A DNA stretch of 37,917 nucleotides from a virus (lineage: Duplodnaviria > Caudoviricetes): the IMG/VR virus record IMGVR_UViG_3300010273_000004, positions 1-37,917 of that record. One strand, given 5' to 3'. Each line of letters opens with the position of its first letter. Position 1 is the first letter of the stretch. The notes under the pieces were generated by a model that had not been told where the DNA came from, searched no databases, and worked only from the letters and a program-made list of their open reading frames with translations. Below are positions 1 through 9,747 of this stretch, piece after piece. The position numbers and the translations under genes were made by a program.

Positions 1-144
1 CAAGTCTTCACTGATGTATTCCACGCCGTTTACCATAACTTTGTAATCAGCCTTATAACAGATGTATTCCTCTATCGCTGCCCCTATCGGCAGTGCTGTA
101 AACAATAATGCGCCTACAATAAAGCCCAAAACAAATTTTTTCAT
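1..144 (-). CDS. Secreted protein, N-terminal part only (runs off the window); probable lysogenic moron with a copper-amine-oxidase-N-like stalk start
   Basis: Manual translation MKKFVLGFIVGALLFTALPIGAAIEEYICYKADYKVMVNGVEY...: Sec signal peptide; SD AAGGAGGT at 153-160 on the minus strand. Confidence 0.75.
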   Translation of the reverse strand, partial: MKKFVLGFIVGALLFTALPIGAAIEEYICYKADYKVMVNGVEYISEDL

Positions 145-168
145 GAAAAAATACCTCCTTTCAGTTAC

Positions 169-196
169 ATTATACCAAAAATGATAAACACATCAA
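169..196 (-). promoter_or_regulatory. SigA-type promoter for the secreted moron gene
   Basis: Minus strand TTGATG-N16-TATAAT with TGn extension. Confidence 0.6.
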
Positions 197-208
197 ATTA
201 TTTGTCCT

Positions 209-239
209 TTTTAGCGGTTAAACAGCCCGATGTTACAAT
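209..239 (+). promoter_or_regulatory. Putative late promoter, copy 1
   Basis: TTTTAGCGGT-N12-TGTTACAAT; same architecture at 6441, 27898 and 34480. Confidence 0.7.
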
Positions 240-276
240 TATTACAGAGGATTAAGATATCAAGGGGGCCTGCATA

Positions 277-1791
277 ATGGCGATTTACAAATACGGTACA
301 CAGGAGCTTATGCCTCAGGGCTATCAACCGATCAGGGAGATCCTGGCCGGGATGGGCTACGGGCCTGACCAGGTCGACTGGAACCCGCAGACCAGGAATC
401 CCGTCGTGGCAGGGAAGGAACTGGACGCCTCAAAACTTCTATTTGGATCCGACCAGCGATATTATGCTACACCTGAAATACTCACTCCTATGCTTGCGCA
501 ACTCGGACTGTCTACCACACCTCAGAGGCAAACACAGTTCACAATCCCACAGTATCAATCGCCATATGAAGAGCAGTTGTCGCAAGTGCTGCAGCAGATT
601 GTAAACAGACCGTCATTTTCATATGATCCGAGTTCCGATGTTGGCTTCCAGCAGGCCCAGAAGTATATCCAGGATAAGATCATGTTGGACTTCGCACGCC
701 GCGGTATGTTGTATTCCCCGGCGACTGGCCAAGCTATAAGCGAGGGGATTGCAAACGCATTACCGCAGTATGAGCAGGCTGCATATCAGAGGTACCTGGA
801 TGAAGGCGAGCGGCTCAACAATATATTCAACGTACTGATGACACTTGACCAGAGATCTTTCAACTTGTATAAGGAAGCCGTCGACAATGAGTACAGGGAA
901 TGGGAAAGACAGAGGACCGAAAGGCTCGACCAGTTGGATGCCACTTACAAGCGCATAGACTATGCATTCAGGAAGCTCGATGAGCTTGAGGAAGCTGATA
1001 ACGAGATTGCTGCTATCCTCGGTATCCCAGTCGGAACAAAAAGCCAGGCGGCTAAAGAACGAGCAGAGGAAATGAAAAACAAGATCGAGCTCATGAAGTT
1101 GGAAGAGGAGCAAAGGATCCGCCAGGAACAGAGAACGCTGGCAAATGAGAAGGCGCTAATCGATTATCGTGCAAACATGGAGAAGCAGAAGGAAGAGGAA
1201 AGCCGGCTGGAGAACCTCGGCACTCCGGAGCAGCTCGATGCATATTATGAGTTCCTGAAGATCTATTCCGGCCAGGGGCGTAATAATACCTACCTCAATA
1301 ATCCATACGCAGCATATCAGCAGGTTGTCGGAAGGCGCGAGGAGCATGTGAAGCTACTCGGCGAAAAATTGTACCGTCAGCTGTTGAATGACATAGCGAG
1401 TATGATGGAAATGCAGAAAGCATATGCCCCTGAGGGAACGACATATGGGCCACAGAATTATAAGGATAATCCCGAATTCCACCAGGAAATGAATGATGCC
1501 ACTTCTGATCCGGAATCATGGCTGAAAATCTTTGAAGAATACTCCGACCTTTACTATGCGACTTATGGGATTGGCGGCGTGAATGAGCTCGTAAAGGCAG
1601 CGCAGGATAAACTCAATACTACCAGGAACGATACCCAGGCGCAGAAATATAACGAGTATTACAGGATGGCAGTCAGCGATCCCAAAGAGTTCAGGAGGAT
1701 GATGAGCGATAAACAGAAGCGTGCGCAGATCCTGGACGAGGTTGGTATCGATAACTTTGAAAAGCTTGAAGAGCTGGCCCAGAGAGATTAA
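277..1791 (+). CDS. Probable internal virion / DNA-ejection protein
   Basis: 504 aa, helical and Gln/Glu/Tyr-rich (YQSPY...FSYDP); lies before a giant helical ORF and the lysis genes in a phage with a P22-like portal. Confidence 0.55.
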   Translation: MAIYKYGTQELMPQGYQPIREILAGMGYGPDQVDWNPQTRNPVVAGKELDASKLLFGSDQRYYATPEILTPMLAQLGLSTTPQRQTQFTIPQYQSPYEEQLSQVLQQIVNRPSFSYDPSSDVGFQQAQKYIQDKIMLDFARRGMLYSPATGQAISEGIANALPQYEQAAYQRYLDEGERLNNIFNVLMTLDQRSFNLYKEAVDNEYREWERQRTERLDQLDATYKRIDYAFRKLDELEEADNEIAAILGIPVGTKSQAAKERAEEMKNKIELMKLEEEQRIRQEQRTLANEKALIDYRANMEKQKEEESRLENLGTPEQLDAYYEFLKIYSGQGRNNTYLNNPYAAYQQVVGRREEHVKLLGEKLYRQLLNDIASMMEMQKAYAPEGTTYGPQNYKDNPEFHQEMNDATSDPESWLKIFEEYSDLYYATYGIGGVNELVKAAQDKLNTTRNDTQAQKYNEYYRMAVSDPKEFRRMMSDKQKRAQILDEVGIDNFEKLEELAQRD

Positions 1792-1805
1792 AGGATGGTG
1801 ATAGC

Positions 1806-4800
1806 ATGTCACTGTACAGGCAATTAACCGGTAAATCGGGATCAAGCACGAAAAATACTTCCGGGACGCAGACGACGATAAGTTTATATAGAAGGTTAAA
1901 GACCGACGAGGAGGAAGAGGAAAAGAAAGCTTCTGCAGCTGCAATCAGTAAAGCGCGGGAAGATGAATTCGACAAACGTGAGCAGGAGATCCGCCAGCTT
2001 GTCTATAAAAAAGGCCTGAAGGAGCTCGACGAAAAATACAAGGGTATGAGTACCCAGGCAAAGCTCGCGTCTCCGGAATACCAATCAGAACTTGCCCGTC
2101 TTGCAAAATCGACCGGATATTATACCGAACCGGCAGAACGGAACAGGATGTATTCCGCAGCTGCTACTGAAAGTGCATTACCTTACCTCGGTGAAAAGGC
2201 GAAAATAGGGCTCATGGAGTTTGGCCGTGGCCTCTCTGCTTTAAGTACGGTCGGTAAGTCCAGCGACATGAGCAAAACCCCGTCCCTGGCACAGAGGATC
2301 CAGGCGATGCAGTCGGAGGACCTGGCCAAGTTTGCTGAGGCCGAGGCCAGGAATGTGCCGAAAGGTATGAAGCTGGCCGGTGATATCGTCCAGGGAGCAG
2401 CAGGTATGGTGCCGTCAATAATGATGAGCGCCGTCAATCCTACAATGGGCCTTCAGATGATGGGACTGTCAGCTGCCGGCAGTTCTGCCCAGGAAGCAAT
2501 GTCGCAGGGCGCATCGAAAGCGCAGGCACTGGCATATGGCGGATTATCCGGAGCAATTGAGGTCGGTACCGAGTACCTCTTCGGCGGCATCCCGTTCATG
2601 AAGGGCGTCGGCGATAAAGTCACTGAATCGGTAGTAAAGCCGATCAAGAACAGAATCATCAGGACTGCAATCAGCAAAGGCCTTGACGGTATAGGTGAGG
2701 CAGTTGAGGAGATCATATCCGGGGCCCTGGATCCATACGCCAGGAGGATAACATTCGATCCGGATGCCGAGACAGCGACTGCAGAAGATCTTCTGTACGA
2801 GGGCGCGATCGGCTTCGGTGTGTCGGCTCTTCTTGGCCTTCCTGGAACGATTGTCGACGCAATCGGCCGCACACAGAAAACCATAACAGGTATCGATTCC
2901 GTCGACAAGGACGGCAATATCGTCATCACACTTGGCGACGATTCACACATGGTCGTAAATCCTTCCAAGATGAGCTATGAGGACCTGGAAACACTCAAAA
3001 GCTATCTGCCCGACGTGAAGAACAAGCAGCTGTCGAAACCGATGCGGGAAGTAAAGAAGGTCATCGACAAGGCTATGTCTGCAAAGGAAGTGAAAAACGA
3101 GCAGGTCATCCAGAGAGCTGCGGCAATAAAAGAGGCGCGATCAAGGGTATCAGCTGTGGCCGAGGCGCCGGCGTCGACAACAGCTAAAGTCGAGCAAGTA
3201 GCCGGCATCGGTACTGCAGCTGCGGCGACCGACACTACTGCAGCCAAGGCGGCAAAAGTTACGCCGGCAGAGACAAGCAAGATGGTTGAAACCGCTCCAT
3301 CGTCCACGGAAACAGGCCAATCGTTCACATATAAGGTAGGTGATACGGTCAGGATCCGGACCGGTGACATTACCCAGGAGATCAAGCTTACTTCTGTCAG
3401 AAAGTCGACGGTCGAGGGTACCACAGAGGACGGGAAACATCTGAGGTTCACGAAGCAGACATTTGAGGAGCGGCTCCGGGCTGCGACTGAACAGGAGAAG
3501 CAGCCGGATATATCCCTTGCCGATCATGCAGCTGTTGAAGAGATCGAAAAGGAGATATTCGGCGAGGTGCTCCCGAAGAAAATCAACCTGCAGCTGTTTG
3601 CCGAGAAGGTAAAGACAGCACGGGAGAGATTACTGGAAGAATTCAAGAAAGAGAAGGAAGCTATACGTTGGTATGCAAAAGAGAAGAGGGCCGCGGCACT
3701 GGAGAAGCTGAGCCAGAAGTATGAGGCGAAGATCGAGAAACTGAACAAGCTCCTGGATGCGGAGAAATATAAAAACTTCTGGAAGAGCGAGCTGGACAAG
3801 AAGGACTTCCGGGAGAAGATCGCCAAGCTTCGGGAGGAGAAAAACACCCAGATCGCCGAGATGAAAAAACAGTTTTCCGAAAAGCTCAAGGAAACAAAGA
3901 AAGAGTATACCCTGAAAAAATATGAGGCTGTCGGCAAGCTGAAGCTCAAGATGAAGGATAAGGCTGCTGCGGAGAAGGCAAAGGCCAGGGAACAGGCCGA
4001 GATCAATAAGAAGCTGCAGCAGCTCCGCAAAATCGATATAAAGCATATGAGGCCGGAATATAAGAGACAGGTGGAGGCCCTGCTCTCCGCTCTCGATATC
4101 ACGGCCAAAGCTCATACTCAAAAGAAACTTGCGGCACTGGCCAAGATGAAACAGTACATAGAGGCCAATCCGGATCACAACATCCCGGACCATGTGCTGA
4201 AGCAGCTTGACATCCTCAGCAAAAAGACTGTGTCTGAGCTTACAAAAGATGAGTTCGATGATATATATAACTCCGTCATGCACCTGGTTCACCTGGAGAA
4301 GATGAAGAACCGGCTCATCATGAAGGGCAGGTACCGCGAAGCAGCAGAAGTAGCAGCTGAGGCCGCGGCAAACGTTCTGAGAAACAGGCAGATCAAAACG
4401 GATCCTACGGCTATAGATACCAGCAAACCGGAGATGTCCAAAAACTTTGTAAAAGAGTTTTTCCTGAACCATCTGAATCCGGAAACGTTGACGATCATGT
4501 CCGACCAGGAGAGCGACGGCGTAATAAAGAAGATCCTTTTTGACGACATGTACGAAGGCCACAATAACGAATTGAAGTATAAGCATGATGCTTATGCCAT
4601 CTTTAAAGATTTTCTTGACGGCCTGGGCGGAGAGATCCGCAGCTGGAGCAGGAGCTTCAACAAGAAGCTGGCTGCCAAGGATCTCGTCGAGATCCCGATC
4701 AGTAAGCAGAAAGGACAGGATATAACCAAGATCCGGATCACGAAGGCTGAAAGGATATATCTCTATCTCGCTTTCAAGGATAAAGACGCCCTGCGGAGCA

Positions 4801-6437
4801 TACTCAAGGGCGGCGTGTCTTTTGGCAATAACCTCAGCCAGGTTGTCAGGCTCACTCCGGAGGATATCAAAACGATCAAGGAGAGCATGACAAAGGAGGA
4901 GCTGCAGTTCGCGGATCTGGCCGAAAAATACTTCCTGGATTATGCCCGCCCGCTCATGAACGAGGTGTTCCTGGAACTTAACGGGTACGAGCTGATCCCG
5001 GAGCGGAAAGGATATGTGCCGATAAAGAGACACCAGGACTTCCTGGACAGGGACTACCTCAAGATGAAAAACAAGACATTCTCCGTCTCCCTTGAGGGAA
5101 TGGGCCTCCTGAAGGAGCGTGTGAAGGCATCGTCCCCGATCGTGGCCGACGATATATTCCGCACGCTCGTTGAGCACATTGAGAAGATCGGCGCCTACTA
5201 TGGCTTGGCCAAACCACTGAGGAACGCGAAGATGCTCCTGGAGAACCCGAGGCTTAAGAACGCATACCGCCAGACCGGTATGTATGGAGTATACCAGCAG
5301 CTGAAGAAATACATCGACGACGTCGAAACCGGATCCGCTGACCTGGAATTTCTGGACAGACTGAGCCACAAGATCCGGAGCAAGTTTGCCACGTCCGTCC
5401 TGGGCGCAAACCCGTTCACGATCCTGAAGCAGTTCTCGGCATATATCCTCGAGACCAACGAGATCCCGGCCAAGTACCTAATGAAAGCACAGTTCACAAA
5501 GTCGGCCATCGATGAGATAGTGAAGTATTCGCCGATCCTGGCCGAGCGTGTTGAGGGCAATATCAGCCTGGAGCTCGGGGAGATCGGAAAGATTGCCCAG
5601 ATGAGGAAGCTGTTCGGTAACTATAAGGATATCCCGCAGCTGCTCACTAAGGGAATGGTGAAGGCTGACCGGCAGATCATCGCAAAGACCTGGAACGCAG
5701 TCAAGATGATGCTGCAGGAGAAGAATCCTTCCCTGTCCGGTGAAGAGCTGCTGACCATGACCGCCAGGAAAACCGAGGAGGTCATCCGGCATACGAACTC
5801 GGCGGCCACTATGTATGACAGGTCGGCTATTGGCCGGAGCAAGAGCGAATTCACGAAGGCTCTGACCATGTTCACGTCGCAGACCAACATAATGTTTAAC
5901 CAGGTTGTCCGGGCTGTGATGGAATACAACCAGGGCCAGAAAACCGCAAAGGACTTCAAAAAAGTGACTAAAAAGCTCGTGACCACCCTTGTCCTTGCTA
6001 ACATGGTCGAGCAGGCTATTGACCAGCTGCGCCTGAAAATAACCGGTAAAGGCGACGATGAAGATGAAGGCAAGTGGGATATCGTGATGGACATCGTCGA
6101 GGGGATCCTGAACCAGGTGTACTTTGTTGGTAAGATCTTCTCTGCATACCGCAGCAATGTCAAGTACGGAAAATACTTCGGGTATGATCTGACGACACCT
6201 GAATTCCAGGTAACGAAGCAGCTGATCGATTATGTCACGGACATTACGACCGTGATCCAGCAGGTGGCCTCAAAGGAGAGGTACAAGTCCGGACCGAACA
6301 AGGGCAAGCTGAAGTGGAAGAAAACTCTGCAGGGTCTGGTCGACGAAACCTTCTCGATCCTGGCCAAATTCACCGGTATACCGTACGATACGCCAAAGAA
6401 GATCGTTGAGGGTATCGTCGAGAAGGTAAAGGATTAG
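1806..6437 (+). CDS. Large internal virion / DNA-transfer (ejection) protein with an internal Prp-type cleavage motif
   Basis: 1543 aa; Gly/Ala-rich hydrophobic helices (about aa 130-350), KOW/SH3-like FTYKVGDTVRI domain, INLQLFA at aa 593-599, Lys/Glu coiled coil, helical C-terminus; last gene before lysis. Confidence 0.6.
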   Translation: MSLYRQLTGKSGSSTKNTSGTQTTISLYRRLKTDEEEEEKKASAAAISKAREDEFDKREQEIRQLVYKKGLKELDEKYKGMSTQAKLASPEYQSELARLAKSTGYYTEPAERNRMYSAAATESALPYLGEKAKIGLMEFGRGLSALSTVGKSSDMSKTPSLAQRIQAMQSEDLAKFAEAEARNVPKGMKLAGDIVQGAAGMVPSIMMSAVNPTMGLQMMGLSAAGSSAQEAMSQGASKAQALAYGGLSGAIEVGTEYLFGGIPFMKGVGDKVTESVVKPIKNRIIRTAISKGLDGIGEAVEEIISGALDPYARRITFDPDAETATAEDLLYEGAIGFGVSALLGLPGTIVDAIGRTQKTITGIDSVDKDGNIVITLGDDSHMVVNPSKMSYEDLETLKSYLPDVKNKQLSKPMREVKKVIDKAMSAKEVKNEQVIQRAAAIKEARSRVSAVAEAPASTTAKVEQVAGIGTAAAATDTTAAKAAKVTPAETSKMVETAPSSTETGQSFTYKVGDTVRIRTGDITQEIKLTSVRKSTVEGTTEDGKHLRFTKQTFEERLRAATEQEKQPDISLADHAAVEEIEKEIFGEVLPKKINLQLFAEKVKTARERLLEEFKKEKEAIRWYAKEKRAAALEKLSQKYEAKIEKLNKLLDAEKYKNFWKSELDKKDFREKIAKLREEKNTQIAEMKKQFSEKLKETKKEYTLKKYEAVGKLKLKMKDKAAAEKAKAREQAEINKKLQQLRKIDIKHMRPEYKRQVEALLSALDITAKAHTQKKLAALAKMKQYIEANPDHNIPDHVLKQLDILSKKTVSELTKDEFDDIYNSVMHLVHLEKMKNRLIMKGRYREAAEVAAEAAANVLRNRQIKTDPTAIDTSKPEMSKNFVKEFFLNHLNPETLTIMSDQESDGVIKKILFDDMYEGHNNELKYKHDAYAIFKDFLDGLGGEIRSWSRSFNKKLAAKDLVEIPISKQKGQDITKIRITKAERIYLYLAFKDKDALRSILKGGVSFGNNLSQVVRLTPEDIKTIKESMTKEELQFADLAEKYFLDYARPLMNEVFLELNGYELIPERKGYVPIKRHQDFLDRDYLKMKNKTFSVSLEGMGLLKERVKASSPIVADDIFRTLVEHIEKIGAYYGLAKPLRNAKMLLENPRLKNAYRQTGMYGVYQQLKKYIDDVETGSADLEFLDRLSHKIRSKFATSVLGANPFTILKQFSAYILETNEIPAKYLMKAQFTKSAIDEIVKYSPILAERVEGNISLELGEIGKIAQMRKLFGNYKDIPQLLTKGMVKADRQIIAKTWNAVKMMLQEKNPSLSGEELLTMTARKTEEVIRHTNSAATMYDRSAIGRSKSEFTKALTMFTSQTNIMFNQVVRAVMEYNQGQKTAKDFKKVTKKLVTTLVLANMVEQAIDQLRLKITGKGDDEDEGKWDIVMDIVEGILNQVYFVGKIFSAYRSNVKYGKYFGYDLTTPEFQVTKQLIDYVTDITTVIQQVASKERYKSGPNKGKLKWKKTLQGLVDETFSILAKFTGIPYDTPKKIVEGIVEKVKD

Positions 6438-6440
6438 GCT

Positions 6441-6471
6441 TTTTAGCGGTATTTATACCTAATGATAAAAT
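6441..6471 (+). promoter_or_regulatory. Putative late promoter, copy 2 (lysis cassette)
   Basis: TTTTAGCGGT-N12-TGATAAAAT. Confidence 0.7.
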
Positions 6472-6500
6472 TAAAATGAAGTACAGCAGGAGGTCGATAT

Positions 6501-6728
6501 TTGGTGAGCGAGATCATTGTAGCAGTATTGAGTTTGGTAGGTACGTTATGCGGCAGCTATTTTGCAAACAGAAAATCGACGGCACTTATAAGCTATCGTA
6601 TTGAGCAGCTGGAGAAAAAGGTGGAAAAGCATAACAACATCATAGAGCGGACCTACCTGCTGGAGGAAAAAATGAAAGTCGCAAACCACAGGATCGAAGA
6701 TCTCGAAAGAGCCGCAGCAGGCAAATGA
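6501..6728 (+). CDS. Small membrane protein of the lysis cassette (holin-like/accessory)
   Basis: N-terminal TM helix plus coiled coil; SD AGGAGGT; directly upstream of the endolysin. Confidence 0.65.
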   Translation: MVSEIIVAVLSLVGTLCGSYFANRKSTALISYRIEQLEKKVEKHNNIIERTYLLEEKMKVANHRIEDLERAAAGK

Positions 6729-6742
6729 AAGGGGTGTCTTGA

Positions 6743-7498
6743 GTGAACCTGAGAACACTGATCTTGGTAGACAATCTCTGTTACAAGTCCGGCAAAAAGC
6801 ACACACCGAAGGGCATCATGGTACATTCTACCGGTGCGAATAACCCTAAATTAAGCCGTTATGTCGGCCCCGATGATGGACTTCTCGGACCGAACTCCAA
6901 CAATAACCACTGGAACCAGCCTACGCCGGGCGGCAGGAAAGTTTGCCCACATGCTTTCATCGGCAAACTGAAGGACGGCAGCATAGCGACATATCAGACG
7001 TTGCCCTGGGATATGGTCGGCTGGCACTCGGGTACCGGATCCCTGGGGATGGACAAAAACGCAAACAATACCGGGTATATCGGTTTTGAAATCTGTGAAG
7101 ATGGGCTGACTGATCCGGTATATTTCAATGCGGTATACCGGGAGGCAGTTGAGTTCAGTGCTTATTTGTGCATGACGTTCGGCATCCAGCCGGAAAAACC
7201 TTGGCTCATCGACCACAGTGAAGGCAGTAAACTCGGCATAGCCAGCAACCACGCAGATGTGTCGCACTGGTTTCCGAAACACGGGAAAAGCATGGACACA
7301 TTCAGAAAAGATGTCCAGGCTGAAATCGCATTATTGTCACAGCAATTTAGCAACAAGGAGCTGCTTCAGGCGGTTATGCATATAAGTTCAAGGATCCCGG
7401 GCGGAATAGATATCAACGGTTGGGCAGGCAGCGATTATACCTGGAAAGCCAAATGGGTCGATGCGCTTATAGAGAAGATCGCCCAGGCGTGGAACTGA
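6743..7498 (+). CDS. Endolysin, N-acetylmuramoyl-L-alanine amidase (Amidase_2 family)
   Basis: GIMVHST, GWH, IGFEICE and SNHAD Zn-amidase motifs; short C-terminal domain. Confidence 0.9.
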   Translation: MNLRTLILVDNLCYKSGKKHTPKGIMVHSTGANNPKLSRYVGPDDGLLGPNSNNNHWNQPTPGGRKVCPHAFIGKLKDGSIATYQTLPWDMVGWHSGTGSLGMDKNANNTGYIGFEICEDGLTDPVYFNAVYREAVEFSAYLCMTFGIQPEKPWLIDHSEGSKLGIASNHADVSHWFPKHGKSMDTFRKDVQAEIALLSQQFSNKELLQAVMHISSRIPGGIDINGWAGSDYTWKAKWVDALIEKIAQAWN

Positions 7499-7555
7499 TA
7501 CCGGATAAACAATGCCCGCCCCAGGCATAAACGGGGAGAAAGGAAAGGTGGTCAA

Positions 7556-7990
7556 ATGAAGAGAATCCTTAATGTACCGTGCATAGTGTGCATGGTGCTG
7601 CTCTTGTTTTTTGCGTTGGCAGTGACGGCCTTTGCTGCCGAAGGTCCTACCGGGGACGCGATCATCCCGACTGATTTTCTGACCTGGGAATATCTCGGCA
7701 CGATGACAGGCGTCGTTGCAGTAGTCGTACTGATCATACAGTTCACCAAAGCGCCGCTTGATATTATTGTACTGAAAATTTTCGGCAAGGAGGCCCGGCT
7801 CCCGACGCGGCTGGTTGTATGGATACTATCGTTCATTATATTGATCGTAGCAGCATATTTTACGGGAAAGCTAACTATAAATTATATTGTATTGTCGCTT
7901 TTTAATGCTATAATCATAGCATGGACTGCGATGGGGGCCTACGAGGTAACATTTGCAAAGATTGACGCTAAAAAGGACAAAACGGGCTGA
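7556..7990 (+). CDS. Probable holin
   Basis: Signal-like N-terminus, three TM segments and a basic C-terminus; follows the endolysin. Confidence 0.7.
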   Translation: MKRILNVPCIVCMVLLLFFALAVTAFAAEGPTGDAIIPTDFLTWEYLGTMTGVVAVVVLIIQFTKAPLDIIVLKIFGKEARLPTRLVVWILSFIILIVAAYFTGKLTINYIVLSLFNAIIIAWTAMGAYEVTFAKIDAKKDKTG

Positions 7991-8011
7991 TGCCCGAAAT
8001 AAGTACGAATG

Positions 8012-8069
8012 AGAAAAGTGTTATCCTGGTGTTGAAACTGTAATTTCATCACCAGGATATCATATTTTT
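8012..8069. other. Probable attP site for the serine integrase, central dinucleotide GT (8040-8041)
   Basis: TATCCTGGTG-t-TGAAA-cT[GT]Aa-TTTCA-t-CACCAGGATA imperfect inverted repeat (8022-8059), extending weakly to about 58 bp and abutting the integrase stop codon. Confidence 0.7.
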
Positions 8070-9631
8070 ACCGAAAGTTCTAATTCGAAGCGGTTTCCAC
8101 GCCATTTTTTTGATTTATAATAGACGGCATAATTAAGGATACTTTTCAATGCCCTGTTCCTTTCCTCGACGCTCAGGTTATAATAGTTTTCAAGCAGTTT
8201 TTCCACTTTCGGGATGATTTTCTGGTTGCCGGCAAGTTTTCTCTTGTACTCTGCAAAGTCCTTCTCGACCTGCTGCAGGTTCGCCTCGGTATTACGGATC
8301 TCCTGGGAAAGTACCCTCGACCTCATCATGTAGGTATCGATATCATAAGCGCCTTTTTCGACCAGGTTGTACAGGTTATCCATTTGCTTTTTCAGAGTAT
8401 TCAATTCTTTTTTGGCTACAGCTATTTTGCGGGTGTATATATCCGCCTGGTCAGTCGTCTTTTTCTCATTATATGCATACCAATCGCTTTTGTACTGATC
8501 CAGCCACGCTCTAAGGGCTTCGATCAGGCCGACCTCGACATCTTTCAGCTTGGTCCCGCGGTTGGGGCAGATGTTCCCGCACTGCAGATAATCGATCCGT
8601 TTTCCTGTTACGCCATTGACCACCCGTCTCATCATATAACCGCAAACTTTACATTTGACCAGGCCTGCCAGCGGATTTACGATCTCTTTTGATTTCTGGA
8701 CAGGTGAGGAGTAAGGAGGTTCTTTTAACCTTTCCTGGACCTGCCGGAATATTTCCTCAGATATGATCGGCTCGTGGGATCCCTTTACAACCATGTACTC
8801 ATCAGGATCTCTTTTACGGCAATCATATTTTTTACCCGGTTCGCTGGACTTCCTGACTTCCTCGCGTCCCCAGGCGATGTACCCGGCATATACAGGGTTC
8901 CTAACCACCCTGCTGATCCAGGTATGTCCCAACCTGTTCCCGTAATATGACCTGTAGCCCATGTCGGCGAGTTCCCGGGCTATATCCCGCATGCCTACCC
9001 CTTTAAGGAACATATCGAATATTAGCCTTATGACCTCCGCCTGCTCCGGGACGATCCTCAACGTCCGCTTTTTCCCGTTTTGGACAATCTCGTAACCATA
9101 CGGAGGTTTGGAAGGGATATAATTGCCGTCCTCGATATATCGGCGTACACCGGCTTTCATTCTTTTAGTGATCATCTTATATTCTTTCCGGCTCATGAAG
9201 CTCTTGAACTCTGCATAGTCCTCGTCGACTTCATTGCTCAGGTCATATATCTTATCGAGGGTAACAATTAAGGTTTTGGACTTTTTGAAGGTATTCAGGA
9301 TCAATCCCTGGTCCTGGAGATCACCACGGCCAAGACGGTCCAGATCGATAACGACGACACAGTCCAGTTTCCCATCGGCCACGTCCCGGAGCAGCCGAAG
9401 CATCTGCGGCCTGTGGATGATCGAGTCGCCGCTTTCGACTTCCTCATATTCGTCGACAATATCAATATTAAGTTTCCTGGCCAGCCTGAGAAGATCTTTT
9501 TTGTGCTTCTCCAGAGTGTCCGTTACGCCGGTTTTCTTTTCGTTTTCTATATCAAGGCGCGACTTCCTGAGATACATACCGCCGCGCAGCACTCTTGCAT
9601 TCGACCGAGCCTGTTCATATAAAGCAACCAT
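8060..9631 (-). CDS. int: Large serine recombinase (phage integrase)
   Basis: YLRKS catalytic Ser, ESG..RP, DLDRLGR, PPYGY, NPVYAG recombinase domain, CKVC...CGNIC Zn ribbon, coiled coil. Confidence 0.97.
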   Translation of the reverse strand: MVALYEQARSNARVLRGGMYLRKSRLDIENEKKTGVTDTLEKHKKDLLRLARKLNIDIVDEYEEVESGDSIIHRPQMLRLLRDVADGKLDCVVVIDLDRLGRGDLQDQGLILNTFKKSKTLIVTLDKIYDLSNEVDEDYAEFKSFMSRKEYKMITKRMKAGVRRYIEDGNYIPSKPPYGYEIVQNGKKRTLRIVPEQAEVIRLIFDMFLKGVGMRDIARELADMGYRSYYGNRLGHTWISRVVRNPVYAGYIAWGREEVRKSSEPGKKYDCRKRDPDEYMVVKGSHEPIISEEIFRQVQERLKEPPYSSPVQKSKEIVNPLAGLVKCKVCGYMMRRVVNGVTGKRIDYLQCGNICPNRGTKLKDVEVGLIEALRAWLDQYKSDWYAYNEKKTTDQADIYTRKIAVAKKELNTLKKQMDNLYNLVEKGAYDIDTYMMRSRVLSQEIRNTEANLQQVEKDFAEYKRKLAGNQKIIPKVEKLLENYYNLSVEERNRALKSILNYAVYYKSKKWRGNRFELELSVKI

Positions 9632-9682
9632 GAGATGTCACCTCGTTCACTTAATCCAGTAATAACAAATTCAAATTGAGAC

Positions 9683-9730
9683 TTGTCCATAATCAAATAA
9701 GTGATATAATATATTACGAACACATGTTCG
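9683..9730 (+). promoter_or_regulatory. SOS-inducible promoter with a LexA/DinR (Cheo) box
   Basis: TTGTCC-N16-TATAAT (extended TGA-TATAAT) followed by a perfect CGAAC-ACAT-GTTCG at 9717-9730. Confidence 0.85.
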
Positions 9731-9747
9731 ATATTGGAGGAATCAAC

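Noticed and set aside
3630-5369. 579-aa minus-strand ORF (and similar ones at 34658-35695, 21538-22395, 13866-14600)
   Set aside because: Antisense shadows of codon-biased plus-strand genes; no SD or recognisable domain
1806-6437. Tape measure protein
   Set aside because: No flanking tail-tube, chaperone or Dit genes, and the P22-like portal indicates a podoviral ejection protein instead
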